From Octopus sinensis (lineage: Eukaryota), in NCBI RefSeq assembly GCF_006345805.1, contig NC_043002.1, positions 84,568,001-84,632,000 of the forward strand: a DNA stretch of 64,000 nt. Direction: 5' to 3'. Below the pieces are notes generated by a model. It saw only the letters and a list, made by a program, of their open reading frames with translations, made no database searches and was not told the origin of the DNA. The position numbers and the translations under genes were made by a program. Below, piece after piece: positions 61,560-64,000 of the stretch (position 1 is the first letter of the stretch; every line of letters starts with the position of its first letter).

Positions 61560-64000
61560 GAGAGTGTATTTAAATAGGTGAAAGTTCTTTTTACCGGTTG
61601 CGCATTTCTTATGCTTATCAAAAGATATTTTTAAAGAGAGATAGAGTTCCTTTCTGATAGATTTTTTTCTCTTATCTGACTTTATGTTGGGTTTGCTGTC
61701 TCTTATATGTGAAAAAAGAGGTTCCAGAGTTGTTTAAGATTTGCTTGGTTTCGCGCCTAAAATTTCTTGTGGACAATGGTCAATACAATTTTGATTGGTC
61801 ATTATAAAATGGTCACGTGAATGTTTGAATGGAAGTTGGTGTTGGGGTAAGAAAATAGGCTCCAGAGATGTTAAAATTTGGCTAGTGTCGCGCCTAAAAT
61901 TTCCTATTGGTCATAATAAAGAGGTCACGTGGATGTGGTCATAATAGAGAGGTTTGTGTAAGTGTTGGTGGGGGAAGTTTGTAATGTGCTCACAGAATTC
62001 GTCTAGGATTTTATTTCTACCTTTTGGTGGGGTGTAGTTGCTTTTATTTCTAGCTAGTGACTCATCCTCATTGTGCTGGTCGAATAGTTCCTCACTAAGT
62101 TGCAATTTTCTACAAAATTCTGTAATGTCTTCCTTCATTTCGTAGTAGTTTGGACGTGGGGGGGGGTGAATTTAAGACCTTTGGAGAGTAAGTTGAGAAG
62201 GTTGGGGTTGGGTTCTGTATTGGTTAAATTGATGACTTTAATTAGTTTCTGTTTCTCTTCCCTGTCCTGTGTTATTTTGTTTGCCTGTATCTGTGTGCTG
62301 TGTCTAAAAAATGGTTGGGGTAGAGGGGTTGTCTGTTGGTGTTAAGAGGTCCTGTGTGTTTGTTATATTCCTTGTTGTGAAATATGGTTCGGGTTCGTGG
62401 TTGTGGATAGAATGGGGTGTTCCTGTATTGCGGTGTTGGTGTGTGTTTCTTTGTGTCGTGATGGATTGTGGTGATATGAGTGGCCTACGTGGGTGCTTGT
62501 ATCGAGTGGTATGGGCTTGTTGTGTATTGTGAGAGTTGAGAAAGTGAAAATTACCTTGTTGTCCCCTCGTGGTGTGGATGTTGTTGTGTCTATCCTGGTA
62601 GTGGAATCCTCTTTTATTTGTTAATAAGGTATTCGAGTAGTTGTTGAGTTGTTGTGTATAGTGTCTCCTTGAAGGGGAAATTCGTTAATGTAATTCTGGT
62701 GGTGAGGTTTTCCAGGGTTCTTGTTCCTCCTTATGGACGTGGGGTAAGAAGGTACATCTTCAATAGGCTGTTTCCTTCTTTTGTTCGAGGTTGGAGGGTT
62801 GGCGGAGTAGTTGTGTGGTTGGGTTCCTGGTTTTCCCATTTTTATGAACGGGTTATTGGAAGAGTAATCCGTTTTGAAAGTCGATTCATAGTTTAGGAAC
62901 CAGGCGGCACTTTTTTCCCAGCGTTGTAGGGATTTTAGTTCCTCTTTATTGCAGTCATCTTTCCATAACTTGGAGATCTTCTCTATGTGTAGGCTTTCGG
63001 CCTTGCTATTTATTACGAGGAGGATCTCTTCATCGATTGTTTTGACTCTTTCCTCAGATCCACAGATCCCAAATAAAAATACAGGAATACAGAAAAATAG
63101 CACTTAGTGCACATATTGATACCTGTGCCGCACAACTTCATCCCAATTTTAGAATCTTTCCCCTCTACAAATTTAAAGACAATGCCACTCATACCCAGCG
63201 AATAACCATGGAATCCCACCTTATTAATAAATACAGACCACTTCTAAACACATCCCCCTAACACGAACCCACAACAAACACACTTACAACCTGCACACAC
63301 CCTACACACACCTTTACCCAGATATTAACACCATGACACACGCAAATATATGGTTCCACACATACACATAATTTGATACGGGTGCAAAACATCCAACACT
63401 ATTTTTTTGAAATGACTGTAAATATTGACTTCACACAAACACGTTTCTTCCCGATACAGGCACAAGGCCAGCAGAACTATAAATATGAAAATTGTACCTA
63501 CACAACACGCACACATATATACACGCGCGCGCGCCCCAACATACATATAAACACACACACCACGCTTCGCGCGCGCGCGCGCGCACATACATACATATAG
63601 CCTTCCTGTCCTAAACGAACTTACTTATTCAGCTCAAATTCAGTCAAGCGGAAAATACACTCCTTAACTACGCGCTAAAAAGCTATTTAAAATATCCACA
63701 TGACGTCTACTGACCAGCCTGAACAATAAGAATTTTCAACAACGCTATTTTCGAAAACTCCATACACCACCCACACCAGAATTCATTCTAAACATTCACG
63801 TGACCTCTCTATTATGACCACATCCACGTGACCTCTTTATTATGACCAATAAGAAATTTTAGGCGCGACACTAGCCAAATTTTAACATCTTTGGAGCCTA
63901 TTTTCTTACCCCACACCACTTCCATTCAACATTCACGTGACCCCTTTAAAAATGACCAATCAAAATTGTATTGACCATTGTCCACTAGAAATTTTAGGCG
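61560..64000 (-). mobile_element. Penelope-like element: 5' region and ORF N-terminus, with an inverted pLTR copy
   Basis: KVINLTN...LLSKGLKFTP and KEDITEFCRKL...RNKSNYTPPKGRN (typical PLE N-terminus); 61740-61935 is the reverse complement of 63800-64000. Confidence 0.75.

Overview
AT-rich, repeat-dense eukaryotic (metazoan) DNA. The SINE/LINE/microsatellite complement points to an octopod cephalopod (inference). One complete protein-coding gene is present: a KLHDC3 orthologue (kelch-repeat CRL2 substrate receptor) on the + strand. It has 10 coding exons between 6485 and 34264, all introns GT-AG with consistent phases, totalling 1164 nt = 387 aa plus stop. Its introns contain an intron-bearing tRNA-Tyr with the unusual anticodon ATA (26656-26744), a U6 snRNA pseudogene joined to a retroposon tail (22474-22569, -), and a tRNA-headed SINE-like element carrying a minimal hammerhead ribozyme and inverted termini (27378-27680, -). 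There are also many SINEs and MITEs. Downstream of the gene (about 37.6-64 kb) is a transposon graveyard: mariner, piggyBac-type MITEs, a Helitron, RTE fragments, a CR1-type LINE split into oppositely oriented halves, and two Penelope-like (PLE) fragments with inverted ends. It also holds a 5.5 kb hierarchical satellite built around a conserved double-hairpin core. No CRISPR arrays or prokaryotic features. Repeat coordinates are approximate (+/-10-20 bp) unless TSD/TIR positions are given. All similarity calls are by eye, not from database searches.
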